Both the position numbers and the translations under genes were made by a program. Positions 9,058 to 19,639 of a stretch of 39,337 nucleotides of DNA are shown here, piece by piece; positions within the stretch are counted from its first letter, which is position 1, and the number at the start of each line of letters is the position of its first letter. Source of the stretch: Halobacteriaceae archaeon (GTDB taxonomy: Archaea; Halobacteriota; Halobacteria; Halobacteriales; Halobacteriaceae); NCBI GenBank assembly GCA_042216675.1, contig JBDGTS010000034.1, forward strand, positions 1 to 39,337, in the 5' to 3' direction. The notes under the pieces are model-generated. The model ran no database searches. It was not told the origin of the DNA and saw only the letters and a program-made list of their open reading frames with translations.

Positions 9058-9430
9058 TCTCCTCGACGAGGACCAACAGCACGCCGCTCACCAACCCGCC
9101 GTGCAGAGCCCCGACGACGCCGCCGACGCTGAAGCCGAAGGAGAGCGACCCCGAGACGAGCCACGCCGTGCCGGCGCCGGACGCCGCCCCGACGACGAAC
9201 CCGGCGACGAGCGTCGCCACCGCGACGCGCGGGAGCGTCTCCGGTTCGTCGGCCGCGAGCGACGTGAGGCGCCCGCCGAAGGAGCCGACGAGGAGGCCCC
9301 CGGCGAGGCCGAAGCCCACGACGACAGCCAGCCATCCCGTCACACCCGCGGCGAGCGCCGCGAACAGGCCGACGACGGCGCCGAGTGCGAGGCCGACACC
9401 CGCGCCGCGTCGGCGGAGCGAATCTACCAT
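9050..9430 (-). CDS. Small Gly/Ala-rich membrane protein (hypothetical)
   Basis: 126 aa, about 4 hydrophobic segments, fills the gap between neighbours. Confidence 0.6.
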   Translation of the reverse strand: MVDSLRRRGAGVGLALGAVVGLFAALAAGVTGWLAVVVGFGLAGGLLVGSFGGRLTSLAADEPETLPRVAVATLVAGFVVGAASGAGTAWLVSGSLSFGFSVGGVVGALHGGLVSGVLLVLVEESG

Positions 9431-9507
9431 GCCGACGCGGGGGTGCCCACGAACTTAGGCGATTCGACCGACCGAAGCGTTTTGCCACCCGTCGCCGAAG
9501 CCCCGGC

Positions 9508-10596
9508 ATGGACGAGACAGGCCGACTGGCGTATCTCCGTGGTCCCGAGGACGTGGCCCTCCGGGCGTACGACGTGCCCGACGCCGAACCGGGGGCCGTC
9601 GTCACCGAGGTGGTGCGGGCGAACGTCTGTGGCTCGGAACTCCACATCTGGAGCGGCGAGCATCCGCTCATCCGCGACGGGGTGCTGGGCCACGAGGCGC
9701 TGTGTCGCGTCGCGGAACTCGGCGAGGGGGTCGAGACGGACTACGCGGGCGAACCGCTCGCGGAGGGTGACCTCGTGGTGCCCGCCTACTTCGCCACCTG
9801 TGGCCGCTGTGACTTCTGTGGCGACGGGGAGTTCCGCCTCTGTGAGAACGCCTACGAGTACTGGTCGCGAGAACCCGACGAGTGGCCCCACTTCCACGGC
9901 ACCTTCGGCACCCACTACTACGTCCACCCCGACCAGTACCTCTACCGCGTCCCCGAGGGGGTTCCCGAATCCGTCGCGGCCAGCGCCAACTGCGCGCTCT
10001 CGCAGGTGCTCTGCGGGATGGACAAAGTCGAGGTGACGCCCGACGAGACGGTGGTGATACAGGGCGCTGGGGGCCTCGGTCTCGCCGCAACGGCCGTCGC
10101 CACCGAACGCGGCGCCGAGACGATCGTCGTCGACGGCGTGGACGCGCGCCTCGACAGGGCCGCGGACTTCGGCGCGGACCACACCGTCCACATGAGCGAG
10201 TACGACAGCGTCGACGCGCGGGCGAAGCGAGTCCGCGACCTCACGGACGGCCGCGGCGCGGACGTCGCAATCGAGGTGACGGGTGTTCCGGACGCGTTCG
10301 CGGAGGGCATCGACCTCCTGCGGAAGGGGGGACGCTACCTCGAAATGGGCAACATCGTTCCCGGGCGCACCACCGAGTTCGACCCCGGCGCGATGACCCG
10401 GAAGTCCATCACCGTCGAGTCGCTGATGCGCTACGACCCGTGGTATCTCCGCTCGGCGCTCTCCTTCCTCGCGGACCACCACGACGACTACCCCTTCGAC
10501 GCGCTGCTGGACCGGGAGTTCCCCCTCGACGACGTGACCGACGCGCTCGAACACTCCGCCGACCGGTCGCTGACGCGGGCGACGCTCATTCCCTAG
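9508..10596 (+). CDS. Zinc-dependent medium-chain alcohol dehydrogenase
   Basis: CGSELH, GHE, structural zinc motif CGRCDFC-x7-C, GAGGLG Rossmann motif. Confidence 0.92.
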   Translation: MDETGRLAYLRGPEDVALRAYDVPDAEPGAVVTEVVRANVCGSELHIWSGEHPLIRDGVLGHEALCRVAELGEGVETDYAGEPLAEGDLVVPAYFATCGRCDFCGDGEFRLCENAYEYWSREPDEWPHFHGTFGTHYYVHPDQYLYRVPEGVPESVAASANCALSQVLCGMDKVEVTPDETVVIQGAGGLGLAATAVATERGAETIVVDGVDARLDRAADFGADHTVHMSEYDSVDARAKRVRDLTDGRGADVAIEVTGVPDAFAEGIDLLRKGGRYLEMGNIVPGRTTEFDPGAMTRKSITVESLMRYDPWYLRSALSFLADHHDDYPFDALLDREFPLDDVTDALEHSADRSLTRATLIP

Positions 10597-11266
10597 ACTC
10601 GCGGAGGCGCGCCGCGGTCATCGCCGTGCCGAGGACGACGAGAAACAGGTCCCGACCCGACTGGACCAGCGTGAACGTGCGCTCGACGGTCGCGGACTCT
10701 TTGCCGGCGGCGGGGTCCACGCCCGTCTTGAAGTGCGTGTTGTTGGTGGACCCGACTGCCTCGCCGACGACGGTTTTCGTGTCGTCGCCACCCGCGCCAC
10801 CGCTCGCGGCGTCGGTGGTCGGCGGACGCAGTTCCACGAACGTCTGGACGAAGCCGTCCTTCGTCGAGAGGAGCGCCTCGCCGTCGATGACGTAGAACTG
10901 GTCGTGGAGCGGGTAGAACACGTTGACACCGTTCGTGAACATGTCCGGCGCGATGCCGGCGAAGACGAGAGCGGCGAACGCGGCGCCGGCGGTTCGGGTC
11001 CCCCGCGGCCCCCACCGGGCGCGGATGGCCGACTCGTCGCGCAGGCGGAGGTCCCAGACGAGGACGGCACCGAGGACCAGCGGCAACAGGAACGTGTGCA
11101 ACAGGGCTCGGTGGCCGCCCTGCACCCAGAGGCCGAGTATCGTGTCCACGTCCGGAAACGCCGCCGCCGCGAGGACGACGGCGAGAGTGCGCCCGTCGAA
11201 CTGGGGACCCAACAGCGCGGCCGCGACCAGCCCACCGACAGCGAGGTGCACGAGGAGGGATGGCAT
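10586..11266 (-). CDS. Membrane-bound metal-dependent hydrolase (YdjM-like)
   Basis: MPSLLVH, FPDVD, HRALLH, PDMFTNGVNVFYP motifs; ATG at 11266. Confidence 0.8.
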   Translation of the reverse strand: MPSLLVHLAVGGLVAAALLGPQFDGRTLAVVLAAAAFPDVDTILGLWVQGGHRALLHTFLLPLVLGAVLVWDLRLRDESAIRARWGPRGTRTAGAAFAALVFAGIAPDMFTNGVNVFYPLHDQFYVIDGEALLSTKDGFVQTFVELRPPTTDAASGGAGGDDTKTVVGEAVGSTNNTHFKTGVDPAAGKESATVERTFTLVQSGRDLFLVVLGTAMTAARLRESRE

Positions 11267-11365
11267 AGCACGCGGTAGTGTCGCTGTGGGCTTGAGCGTA
11301 CCGTTCGTCAGTCGTCGAACCCGCGTCTCGACAATCTTTTGGAGAGCCGCGCCGTCACGTCGGCC

Positions 11366-12076
11366 ATGGCAACGGAGAGCGCCCGCGCGAACCTCGCGGA
11401 ACACATCGCGGGCGAGGTGGTCCTCAGCGACGACCCCGGGGGGACCCTCCGGAAGTGGCGCACCGACTTCGACGTGTCCCAGACGGAACTCGCCGCGCAG
11501 ATGGACGTCTCCTCGTCGGTGGTCAGCGACTACGAGTCCGGCCGGCGCGCCAGCCCCGGCATCGCCGTCGTGCGCCGCATCGTCTCGGCGCTGTTGGACA
11601 TCGACGAGCGACGCGGCGGCCAGCGCATCCGCCAGTACGAGCGCGTCCTCTCGGCGGGGTTCGACAGCGAGGTGGTCCTCGATTTGCGCGAGTACGACGC
11701 GACGACGGCCCTCGGGAACTTCTACGACGCCGTGGGCGCGACGGAACTCGTCGGCGGCGAGCGGGATCAGGTGAGCGGCCACACCGTCATCGACAGCATT
11801 CAGGCCATCACGCGCCTCTCCAGCGACCAGTTCTACCAGCTGTACGGCCAGTCCACCAGCCGCGTCCTCACGTTCACGGGCGTCTCCCGCGGCGAGTCGC
11901 CGCTCGTGGCCCTTCGCGTCATCAATCCGACGCCCAACGCCGTCCTCCTTCACGGCATCGACGAGGACGACCTGTGGGACCACGCCCCGGACCTCGCCGC
12001 CATCGACGGCTACTCGCTGGCGGTGTGTGACACCCCACCAGAGCAGTTCCTCGGGGACCTGCGGGAGTTCCCCTGA
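11366..12076 (+). CDS. XRE-type HTH transcription regulator (conserved archaeal family)
   Basis: IAGEVVLSDDPGGTLRKWR, SQTELA, VVSDYESGRR HTH, GESPLVALRV. Confidence 0.88.
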   Translation: MATESARANLAEHIAGEVVLSDDPGGTLRKWRTDFDVSQTELAAQMDVSSSVVSDYESGRRASPGIAVVRRIVSALLDIDERRGGQRIRQYERVLSAGFDSEVVLDLREYDATTALGNFYDAVGATELVGGERDQVSGHTVIDSIQAITRLSSDQFYQLYGQSTSRVLTFTGVSRGESPLVALRVINPTPNAVLLHGIDEDDLWDHAPDLAAIDGYSLAVCDTPPEQFLGDLREFP

Positions 12077-12077
12077 G

Positions 12078-12581
12078 TCAGACGGTCTGTGACTTCTTCG
12101 CCGCCCACAGGACTAGCGACCCGACGCCGTAGCCGAGAATACCGAGGACGAGGGCGAGCCACACCCCGGAGCCGAGCACGTAGTCGAGAGCGCCGTGCAG
12201 TTCAGCACGGGCGGAGACGTACGCGTAGCCGGCCATCCGTGGGTGGCCGTACCGACTGGCCGGAGCCCACGCGCCGGTGAGATAGCCCACCAGCGGCGGG
12301 AAGACGTAGCCCCAGAGGATGACGAGCCACAGCGAGAGGGCCGTCGGCAGGAGGCCCGCGCCGACGACGCCCGCGACGGTGGGGAGGGCGACGACGAGCA
12401 CGAGCCAGCCCGCGAACTCGTAGAGGCCGACGGAGAAACCGAGGAGGAACGCGACGGATGCGAGACCGAGGACGGTGACGGTGAAGCCGAGAAGCGCCCA
12501 GCGGGGGCGCGGGTCGCCGTAGAGCGTTCGCCACGCGTCGTCGGCGTCGAGGGAGACCATACGGGCCGTCCGGTCCGACAC
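12078..12581 (-). CDS. Hypothetical membrane protein
   Basis: About 4 hydrophobic segments; start uncertain (GTG 12581 or ATG 12560). Confidence 0.6.
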   Translation of the reverse strand: MSDRTARMVSLDADDAWRTLYGDPRPRWALLGFTVTVLGLASVAFLLGFSVGLYEFAGWLVLVVALPTVAGVVGAGLLPTALSLWLVILWGYVFPPLVGYLTGAWAPASRYGHPRMAGYAYVSARAELHGALDYVLGSGVWLALVLGILGYGVGSLVLWAAKKSQTV

Positions 12582-12608
12582 CAGTTAGGCGTTTGCCACG
12601 TCCGCGGC

Positions 12609-13949
12609 TCAGACGTACTCGTACGTCCGCTCGTCCATCTCGCCGCGCCCGGTGAGGACGAACTCGCCGTCGGCCTCGGTGAACGGGTCCACATCCACCT
12701 CCTTGCCGTGGGTGTGGCTGGCGTGGATGGCCTCGTACTCCTCGAACGTGATTTCCCGGCGGTTCGCGAGTTGTTCGTCGACGTCGAGGGCCTCGATTTC
12801 CCCGCGCCAACCGTCGGCGACTCGCTCGGTGTGAATCTCGGCCTGCGCGCCGGAACCGTAGGAGCCGACGAGCAGGCGGTCACCGGTCACGTCCTCGCCC
12901 GCCTCGGCGGCGCGCTTGAGGGCGCTGGCGCGGGCGACGTGGACCGACCCGGTGTACCAGTTGCCCACCTCGCGGGCGACGTCGAGTGTCGGTTCGATTT
13001 TCGCTTCGTACCAGTCGCGGTACGTCTCCGTCTCCGCGAGGTCGTCGACGTAGTCGCGCATCGCCGCCTCGTAGGCCTCGCGGTCCGCGAAGTCGTCCTC
13101 GCGTGGCTGGAGGCCGATGTCGTCGGCGAGTTCTTCCTCGATTTCGGTGTCGCGCATGACGTGCCGGTAGCCCAGCACCGCCGCCTTGCGCACCATCCCC
13201 GGGAACGGCGTGTGGAAGGGGACAAAGCGGAAGTCGTCGGGGTGGGTGTCGCCCGCGACGGCCTCGTAATCTTCGAGGGCCTCGCGCATCCGGGCGAGGT
13301 ACACCTGCACCGAGCGCTCGCCGTCGACGGAGGGGAACTGCTGATTCGGCTTCAGGAAGTCCGTCTCGTCGGCGCTCCCGTAGCCCTGTTCGGTGGAGAG
13401 TTCGACGAGGCTGGGGTTCTCGGTGACCCACATCGCGACGGCGCCCGCCCCTTGAGTCGCTTCGCCGGCGTCGCCCCGAGCGTAGAGTGCGGTGTCGGTG
13501 GCGATGACCAGCGCCCCCCGCCCGCGGTTGCGCCCCGCGCGAATCCAGTTGTACGCGTCGTCCAGACTCTGCGTGCCGGCGATGCACGCGAACTTCCGTT
13601 CGCCCTTGTTCGCGTGGTGGAAGTCGCCGCCGTACACGTCTTCGAGACAGCCGGCGACGTAGGTTGAGACGGGCTTGGAGTTGTCGAACGCGGACTCGGT
13701 GGCCACGTCGATGCGCCCCACGTCGTCGGGTTCGAGGCCCTTGCGCTCCATCAGGCGGTGCGCCGCGTTCGCCGCCATCGTCACGATGTCCTCGTTCGCG
13801 TCCGGGAACGACGAGGAGTGGAGTCCCAGCCCCTTCGTGTACTTCTCGGGGTCCTCACCCTTCGCGGGCGCGAACGTCCCCGCGAGGTCGAGTTCGAGTT
13901 TCCCCGTCCAGATCTCGACGGCGTCGATGCCGACCGGCGTCTCGCTCAT
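12609..13949 (-). CDS. hmgB: Hydroxymethylglutaryl-CoA synthase
   Basis: ATESAFDNSK, KFACIAG (catalytic Cys), GEATQGAGA, FHTPF, GNWYTGS, SYGSG. Confidence 0.95.
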   Translation of the reverse strand: MSETPVGIDAVEIWTGKLELDLAGTFAPAKGEDPEKYTKGLGLHSSSFPDANEDIVTMAANAAHRLMERKGLEPDDVGRIDVATESAFDNSKPVSTYVAGCLEDVYGGDFHHANKGERKFACIAGTQSLDDAYNWIRAGRNRGRGALVIATDTALYARGDAGEATQGAGAVAMWVTENPSLVELSTEQGYGSADETDFLKPNQQFPSVDGERSVQVYLARMREALEDYEAVAGDTHPDDFRFVPFHTPFPGMVRKAAVLGYRHVMRDTEIEEELADDIGLQPREDDFADREAYEAAMRDYVDDLAETETYRDWYEAKIEPTLDVAREVGNWYTGSVHVARASALKRAAEAGEDVTGDRLLVGSYGSGAQAEIHTERVADGWRGEIEALDVDEQLANRREITFEEYEAIHASHTHGKEVDVDPFTEADGEFVLTGRGEMDERTYEYV

Positions 13950-14022
13950 TACCGACTAGTGAGGGGAGTCGGACTATAAGGGTTGTCGATGTCGGGTTCG
14001 GCAATCGTGGAAGTCAGGATCT

Positions 14023-16485
14023 TCACGGGGTCGCCGTGAACGTCTTCTGACTGCCGTCTTGGAACCCGAGCGTTATGGTGATTGACTCGCCGTTCATATT
14101 CGCCGGAGTGATATTCGACCCGCTACCACTCGAATCGAACTGATACGCTGTGATAGTCGCGGTGTTGCCGCCTGAAATCGTCGCCGTACTCGACAACGTG
14201 ACGGTGGTACCGATGTTGTAGGACCCCTTATTCGGCTTGTTGTCCCCTGCCTCGTGGTAGCCATAACTGGAGCCGTTGACCCTGATTTCACGGCCCGTTC
14301 GGGTGTCATCACCGTTCGCCTCGAATATCCGCGCGGCGGCGCCCGTGTCGATGGTGATGTTCTGCACGCTGACGCTCTGGCTCCCGGTGTTCGATACCGT
14401 GAGTTCCACGCCGGCATTGTTCGTTCCGAAGGTCGCCGCGTCGTTGTTGTACGAGACGTTACTCGCCGCGGTACTTCCACCGCCCCCCACGTTCACCGTC
14501 GTCGTCGCAGTGTCCGAGTTCCCGTTCCCGTCGCTGACGGTCACCGACGCGGTGTAGGTCCCCGAACTGGCGTAGCTATGGGTCGCGTTGTCAGTGGGGT
14601 CGCTAGTCGTTTGGTCCACCGTGCCGTCGCCGGTCCAGTCCCATTCGTACGTCAGTGCGTCGCCCTCCGGGTCGCTCGACCCGCTCGCGTCGAAGGTGAC
14701 CGACTGGCCGGCGGAGGGGTTCGACGGCGAGTACGTGAAGTCTGCCGTCGGGGCCTGATTCGTCCCCCCGGTCGTGGGCGCCACGAAGTACGTGGCCGTC
14801 TGCCCGTTGTCGAAGACGACGGACATCACGAAGAAGTCGCCTTGTATGACCTCGAACGGCGTGGTGAGAGAACTCGTCTGATAGAACTCCAACGAGATCC
14901 CCGTGGTGTTCCCAGGCCCTATCGAGACGGTGACCGGCTGATACTGGCCGCCGGAGCTCGCAGAGAGGAGCGTCTGGGTTCCGCCGCCGGTCGTGTTGTG
15001 GAATCTGACCGCCTCGGGCGGATTGCGCTGATTCCCCTGACCGCCGCTCTGGCGGTCCACGGAGTAGAAGTTGAACCGAGCCACGTCGAACTGCCGGGTC
15101 TGGTTGCCGTCGGTGTTCTTCAGCCTGACTTCGACGTGGCAGTTCGTGTTGCCGCCGCAGTTCGTGTTCGAGAGCGTCGCGCCCTGGAGAATCACCGCCC
15201 CGGGCGCGCTCGGGTTGATGTTCGACCCGGTGCCGCTACCCGCCCCCGTCCCGCTCCCGTCGCTGTTCGCAACGGTCACCGTCACCGTCGCGTTGCGGGG
15301 CGTGCGCGGGTCGTATCCGGACCCGAGCAGTGCCGCCGGACCGTGGTCGAGGCCGACGCGGATTTTCACCGTCTTCGTCGTGGACCCGGTCACGTTCGGG
15401 GCGCGGTAGGTGAACGAGACGCGGCCGGCAGCGTCGGTCAGCATTCCGGTTCGGTTCCGGGTGTCGGCGCCCGTCGAGATCGCGCCGCTGTCCGTGCCGA
15501 CCAGCGTCGCGTTGAGCGACGCGCCAGTCACCGGATTCGTGAATCGGTCCTTGACCGCCAGCGAAATCTGCTGCGCGCCGCCCTCGGCTACCGTCGCGTT
15601 CTGTCCCTCGACCGGCGTCACGTAGGCCGCCCGCGGATCGTCGGTGGCGTGTCCCACGCCCACCCGCGCGAGTCGGAGGCGGTACGTCGTGGGTTCGAGT
15701 TCGATGACGACGCCGCCGGTCGCGTTGCGCACGTCGACGACGTAGCGGCCGTCAGCGCCGCCATCCGGCGAGGCGTCGTACTGCGCCGAGAGCGTCTCGT
15801 TCCACGTCGCGGCCGACAGTTCGCTCGGCAGGAAAATCGTCGGGGTCCCGTTTGGCGTGAGCGTCGTCTCGGTGGTGGAGACGCTCAGTCGCTGCGGGTC
15901 GACCGTCGTGGCGCCGGTTCCGCTCCGGGTGAGCGTGCCGTTCACCGTCACCAGCGTGAGGCGGTTGCCCGAGACGATGGGCTGGTCAGTGCGGGTGACG
16001 TTCGCGTCGTCGAACTGCGTGTAGAAGAGGCCGTGTTCGATGCGGTTCCGGGGGTCGTCACCCGAGACGTGGTAATCAGTTCGGTGGACGAGCGCCCGCG
16101 TCGAGAACGACGCGTTGGCGCTCCACGCGTCGTTGGCGTCGGCGTCTGCCAGCGCCGTGCCGTTTATCCAGACTGTCTGCGGTGGCCCGGTGGTGAGTCG
16201 CGCCGAGACGGGGGGCGGATTGACGAAGAAGGTGCGGTCGGGGTAGCGCATCCCGAGCGGGACGGACTGTGGCGCCGCGCCGCTTCCGACGCCCGCGCCG
16301 AGGAGCGCGTTCCGCAGGTCACTCAGACCCTCGATGACGCGTTCGCTGTGGCGGAACTCGACTTGCTTGTTCTCGGCGGGCACGACCTGTGCCTGATAGC
16401 CCGCCATCGCGACGACGAGGAAGCCGAAGAGAATCACGGCTCCGACCTGCACGGACTGTGCGCGGTCGTCGCCGAGCAGAGACAT
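14023..16485 (-). CDS. Large pilin-like surface protein with PKD domain
   Basis: Class III-like signal (DDRA|QSVQVGAVILFGFLVV), Ig-like segments, PKD motif FDASGSSDPEGDALTYEWDW; minus-strand TTTATA at 16511-16516, about 25 nt upstream of the ATG. Confidence 0.85.
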   Translation of the reverse strand: MSLLGDDRAQSVQVGAVILFGFLVVAMAGYQAQVVPAENKQVEFRHSERVIEGLSDLRNALLGAGVGSGAAPQSVPLGMRYPDRTFFVNPPPVSARLTTGPPQTVWINGTALADADANDAWSANASFSTRALVHRTDYHVSGDDPRNRIEHGLFYTQFDDANVTRTDQPIVSGNRLTLVTVNGTLTRSGTGATTVDPQRLSVSTTETTLTPNGTPTIFLPSELSAATWNETLSAQYDASPDGGADGRYVVDVRNATGGVVIELEPTTYRLRLARVGVGHATDDPRAAYVTPVEGQNATVAEGGAQQISLAVKDRFTNPVTGASLNATLVGTDSGAISTGADTRNRTGMLTDAAGRVSFTYRAPNVTGSTTKTVKIRVGLDHGPAALLGSGYDPRTPRNATVTVTVANSDGSGTGAGSGTGSNINPSAPGAVILQGATLSNTNCGGNTNCHVEVRLKNTDGNQTRQFDVARFNFYSVDRQSGGQGNQRNPPEAVRFHNTTGGGTQTLLSASSGGQYQPVTVSIGPGNTTGISLEFYQTSSLTTPFEVIQGDFFVMSVVFDNGQTATYFVAPTTGGTNQAPTADFTYSPSNPSAGQSVTFDASGSSDPEGDALTYEWDWTGDGTVDQTTSDPTDNATHSYASSGTYTASVTVSDGNGNSDTATTTVNVGGGGSTAASNVSYNNDAATFGTNNAGVELTVSNTGSQSVSVQNITIDTGAAARIFEANGDDTRTGREIRVNGSSYGYHEAGDNKPNKGSYNIGTTVTLSSTATISGGNTATITAYQFDSSGSGSNITPANMNGESITITLGFQDGSQKTFTATP

Positions 16486-16527
16486 GTGTCGGAAGATGGC
16501 GTGGCCGACGTATAAATCCGCGGGCGG

Positions 16528-17103
16528 TCAGTCCTCCTCGACGACCTCGGGGTCCGCGAGCGCGCTTTCGAGACTGTCGAGGCCGTTCATCCACTCGGTG
16601 ACGAGACCGTACTCGATGTCCTCGGCGACGTCCATGTCGACGTGTTCGCCGTCGATGACGCGCGTGCCGGCACAGACCGCCAGCCCCAGCGCCCGGTCGA
16701 GGTCGTCCTCGGCCTCGGCGTCGGCGGCCGCGCGGATGTAGCCCTCCACGTCGGCCTCGTCGGCGACGCCGTCGGCGACGAACTGCTCGGCGGCGTAGAA
16801 GACGCAGACGAGGCTGGTCTGGACGCCGTCGAGCAACATCATGGTGTCCTCGTCCTCGACGTCCGGTTCCGAGAGCACGATTTCCCGAATCTCTTCGAGT
16901 TCCTCGGCCGCGCGCTCGGCGTCGATGTCGCCGTCGTCGTAGGCGGTCACGATTTTCGCGACCGCGATTGCGACGTCGTCCTGCAGGTTCAGGAGGAGGC
17001 GGGCGGACTCCTCGTCTTCCGGGTCTAGGTCCTCGTCACGGAGGCGGTCGAGCCAGTTCTGCCACCGTTCGGCGGAGTAGAACTCCTCGACGGGCTCGCT
17101 CAT
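16528..17103 (-). CDS. DUF2150 family protein
   Basis: EFYSAERWQNWL and LLNLQDD motifs; typical position after the TatD-like gene. Confidence 0.8.
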   Translation of the reverse strand: MSEPVEEFYSAERWQNWLDRLRDEDLDPEDEESARLLLNLQDDVAIAVAKIVTAYDDGDIDAERAAEELEEIREIVLSEPDVEDEDTMMLLDGVQTSLVCVFYAAEQFVADGVADEADVEGYIRAAADAEAEDDLDRALGLAVCAGTRVIDGEHVDMDVAEDIEYGLVTEWMNGLDSLESALADPEVVEED

Positions 17104-17146
17104 ACCGATAGGCGGTCGGGACGCGGCAAAAGGCCTTCCCTTCCGC

Positions 17147-17992
17147 TCACCGGTCGAGCGTGGCCCGCGTGGCTACGCCGTAGGCTCGCGCGGGCGTCTC
17201 GACGTGCGCCCGCTCCACAGCCTCGTCGTACCCTTCCTCCAGCAGCCACCGGGCTCGACGGGGCACCGTCTTCGGGCCCATCACAGCGCCCGGCCGGTCG
17301 GGGTCGTCCACGAAGTCCGTCTCCATCATGAACGGCTCGCCGGACTCGGCGGCCTCGCGCAGGTCGTCTTTGTCGCACATCACGCTCGGCGTGACCCCCG
17401 CGAGCGTCCCGCCGGCGTAGTGCTTGACGACGCGTTCGGGTTCGAGGCCGGCGTCTTCAGCCCAGTCGGCCACCTCCGTCAGGTCCTCGGTGGCCTCGGT
17501 GTGGAGTTGGACCGACACCCCCGCTTCCGCGGCGCGCGCGAGGCCGTGCCGGAGAACGGCGTTCGAGGCGTCCCAGACGGCCTCGGCCACGTCGTAGTGC
17601 GGGCGCCCAGTCTTGAGGGCCACCGCCGGCCCCTCGGCGGCGTACTCCGCGGCCACGTCGAGGCCGCCACGCATCAGGTCGGCCGCCTCGTCGGCGTCGT
17701 AGCCCCGGTCCAGCAGGCGCGAAATCAGGCCGGGATGGACGCCCAGCACCGGCCACGCCGTGCCGTCGAGCAGTTCGGCCGCCCGTTCGACGACGTCGAC
17801 GGTCGTCTCGAACACGGTGCGGAAGTCCGCGGGCGTCTCCACCTCGACGCCGAGGTGCCACGAGGGCTTGTTGCAGACGAGGAGATGGGTGCCGCCGAGG
17901 TGGGCGAACTCCTCGACGGCGTCGAGGCCGCGGCCGCGGTCCGGGTCGAGGTGGAGGTGGTCGTCGAGGACCGGCGTGTCGAGGTCGGTCAT
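17147..17992 (-). CDS. TatD-family metal-dependent hydrolase
   Basis: DDHLHLDP, GVHP, GRPHY, QLHTE, VKHY, METDFVDDPDRPGAV. Confidence 0.9.
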   Translation of the reverse strand: MTDLDTPVLDDHLHLDPDRGRGLDAVEEFAHLGGTHLLVCNKPSWHLGVEVETPADFRTVFETTVDVVERAAELLDGTAWPVLGVHPGLISRLLDRGYDADEAADLMRGGLDVAAEYAAEGPAVALKTGRPHYDVAEAVWDASNAVLRHGLARAAEAGVSVQLHTEATEDLTEVADWAEDAGLEPERVVKHYAGGTLAGVTPSVMCDKDDLREAAESGEPFMMETDFVDDPDRPGAVMGPKTVPRRARWLLEEGYDEAVERAHVETPARAYGVATRATLDR

Positions 17993-18029
17993 GGGCGACT
18001 GTGGGGCCGCCGGGCCGAAAAGCGGTTCG

Positions 18030-18473
18030 TCACTCGCTGAGGGTGACGGCGCCGTGCGCGGCGTTCGCGAGGGCGTCCGAGCGGCCGTGTTCGCCGGGCG
18101 CGACGGCGAGCGTCTGGACGCCGCGGCGCGCCGCCACCTCGAAGACGGGCTTGAAGTCGGTGTCGCGGGACGCGAGAACGAGGACGTCCGCCTCGCCCTC
18201 GACGACGAGTTCCGTCGCGTCGATGGCGAGTTTCACGTCCACGTCGCCGCTGGTGATGCGCACGTCGAAGCCGCGGGCCTCGGCGGCCTGAATCAGGCCC
18301 GGCGTGGCGTGTTCGTCGAGGTAGAGGCGCGTGACGGCGAGGCGACCCGCGTCGCTCGCGGCCTCGCGCACGTCGTCGAGGTCCACGTCGAACTCCTCGC
18401 GGAGGACGTTCGGCCCGTCGACGAACAGGGCCACGCGGGGGTGGCCCCCGACGCGGCCGCCCGGTTGCGTCAT
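18030..18473 (-). CDS. NYN domain protein
   Basis: LFVDGPN, GDVDVKLAID, SRDTDF acidic motifs. Confidence 0.9.
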   Translation of the reverse strand: MTQPGGRVGGHPRVALFVDGPNVLREEFDVDLDDVREAASDAGRLAVTRLYLDEHATPGLIQAAEARGFDVRITSGDVDVKLAIDATELVVEGEADVLVLASRDTDFKPVFEVAARRGVQTLAVAPGEHGRSDALANAAHGAVTLSE

Positions 18474-18559
18474 GGCTCCCGGTGTGGGTCGCGGCCGCTT
18501 AGCCGTGACGGTCGAGTCGAGTGCCAACCATTACGTCGCCCCGGCGCCCGGCTTCAGGT

Positions 18560-19639
18560 ATGACGCTCCGAACGCCGCCCCTACGGGCGGTCCACGCCGA
18601 CGCGGGCGCGAGTTTCACCGAGTTCGGGGGCTGGGAGATGCCGGTGGACTTCGGGTCGATTCAGGACGAGCACCGCACCGTGCGCGAGGCCGCCGGCAAG
18701 TTCGACGTGTCCCACATGGGCGAAGTCGTCGTCGGCGGCCCCGACGCCGCGGCCCTGTGCCAGCGGCTGACGACGAACGACGTGACCGAACTCGCGCCCG
18801 GCGACGCACAGTACACCGCGATGACCGACGACGAGGGGACCTTGCTGGACGACAGCGTCCTCTACCGTCGGCCGGCCGGGGACTACCTGCTCGTCCCCAA
18901 CGCCGGCACGGACGCGGCGACGGCCGAGCGATGGCGCGCGCACCGCGACGACGCGGCCCTCGACGCGACGGTGGAGAACCGCACCGAGGACGTCGCGCTG
19001 TTCGCCGTGCAAGGCCCCGACGCCGTCGCCCTCGTGGACGCGCGGGCCGACGCCGACCTGAGCGCCCTCGCGCGCTTCGAGTGCGCGGCGGCGACCATCG
19101 CCGGCGCGGACTGCCTCGTCTCGCGCACGGGCTATACCGGCGAGGACGGGTTCGAGGTGTTCTGCGCGCCCGCCGACGCCGCGGCCGTCTGGGACGCGTG
19201 TGACTGCCCGCCGTGTGGCCTCGGCGCGCGCGACACCCTCCGCATCGAGATGGGGTTCCTGCTCGCGGGACAGGACTTCGACGCCGAGGACGACCCGCGC
19301 ACGCCGTTCGAGGCGGGCATCGGCTTCGTCGTGGACCTCGACACGGCGTTCGTGGGACGCGACGCCCTCACCGAGCGAACGGACCCCGACGAGCGGTTCA
19401 CGGGCGTCCGCCTCTCGGAGCGAGCGGTGCCGCGCCACGGCTACGAAATCGCGGACGCCGACGGCCACCCCGTCGGCGAGGTGACCAGCGGAACCCTGAG
19501 TCCGACGCTCGGCGACCCCCTCGCACTCGGCTACCTGCCCGCCGACGCCACCCCGGGAACGGCCGTGTCAGTCGTCGTCAGGGGCGAACCCAAAAGCGGA
19601 AAGGTTGAGGCGCCGCCGTTTCTGGATGGAGACGAATGA
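18560..19639 (+). CDS. gcvT: Glycine cleavage system T protein
   Basis: [39 protein letters not shown]. Confidence 0.96.
   Translation: MTLRTPPLRAVHADAGASFTEFGGWEMPVDFGSIQDEHRTVREAAGKFDVSHMGEVVVGGPDAAALCQRLTTNDVTELAPGDAQYTAMTDDEGTLLDDSVLYRRPAGDYLLVPNAGTDAATAERWRAHRDDAALDATVENRTEDVALFAVQGPDAVALVDARADADLSALARFECAAATIAGADCLVSRTGYTGEDGFEVFCAPADAAAVWDACDCPPCGLGARDTLRIEMGFLLAGQDFDAEDDPRTPFEAGIGFVVDLDTAFVGRDALTERTDPDERFTGVRLSERAVPRHGYEIADADGHPVGEVTSGTLSPTLGDPLALGYLPADATPGTAVSVVVRGEPKSGKVEAPPFLDGDE

Noticed and set aside
16528-18473. NYN + TatD + DUF2150 as a novel defence system
   Set aside because: Host-like GC and a gene order I recognise as a conserved euryarchaeal cluster; no sign of mobility.
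18474-18559. Glycine riboswitch upstream of gcvT
   Set aside because: Only 86 bp shared by divergent promoters; no aptamer consensus; the gene appears leaderless.
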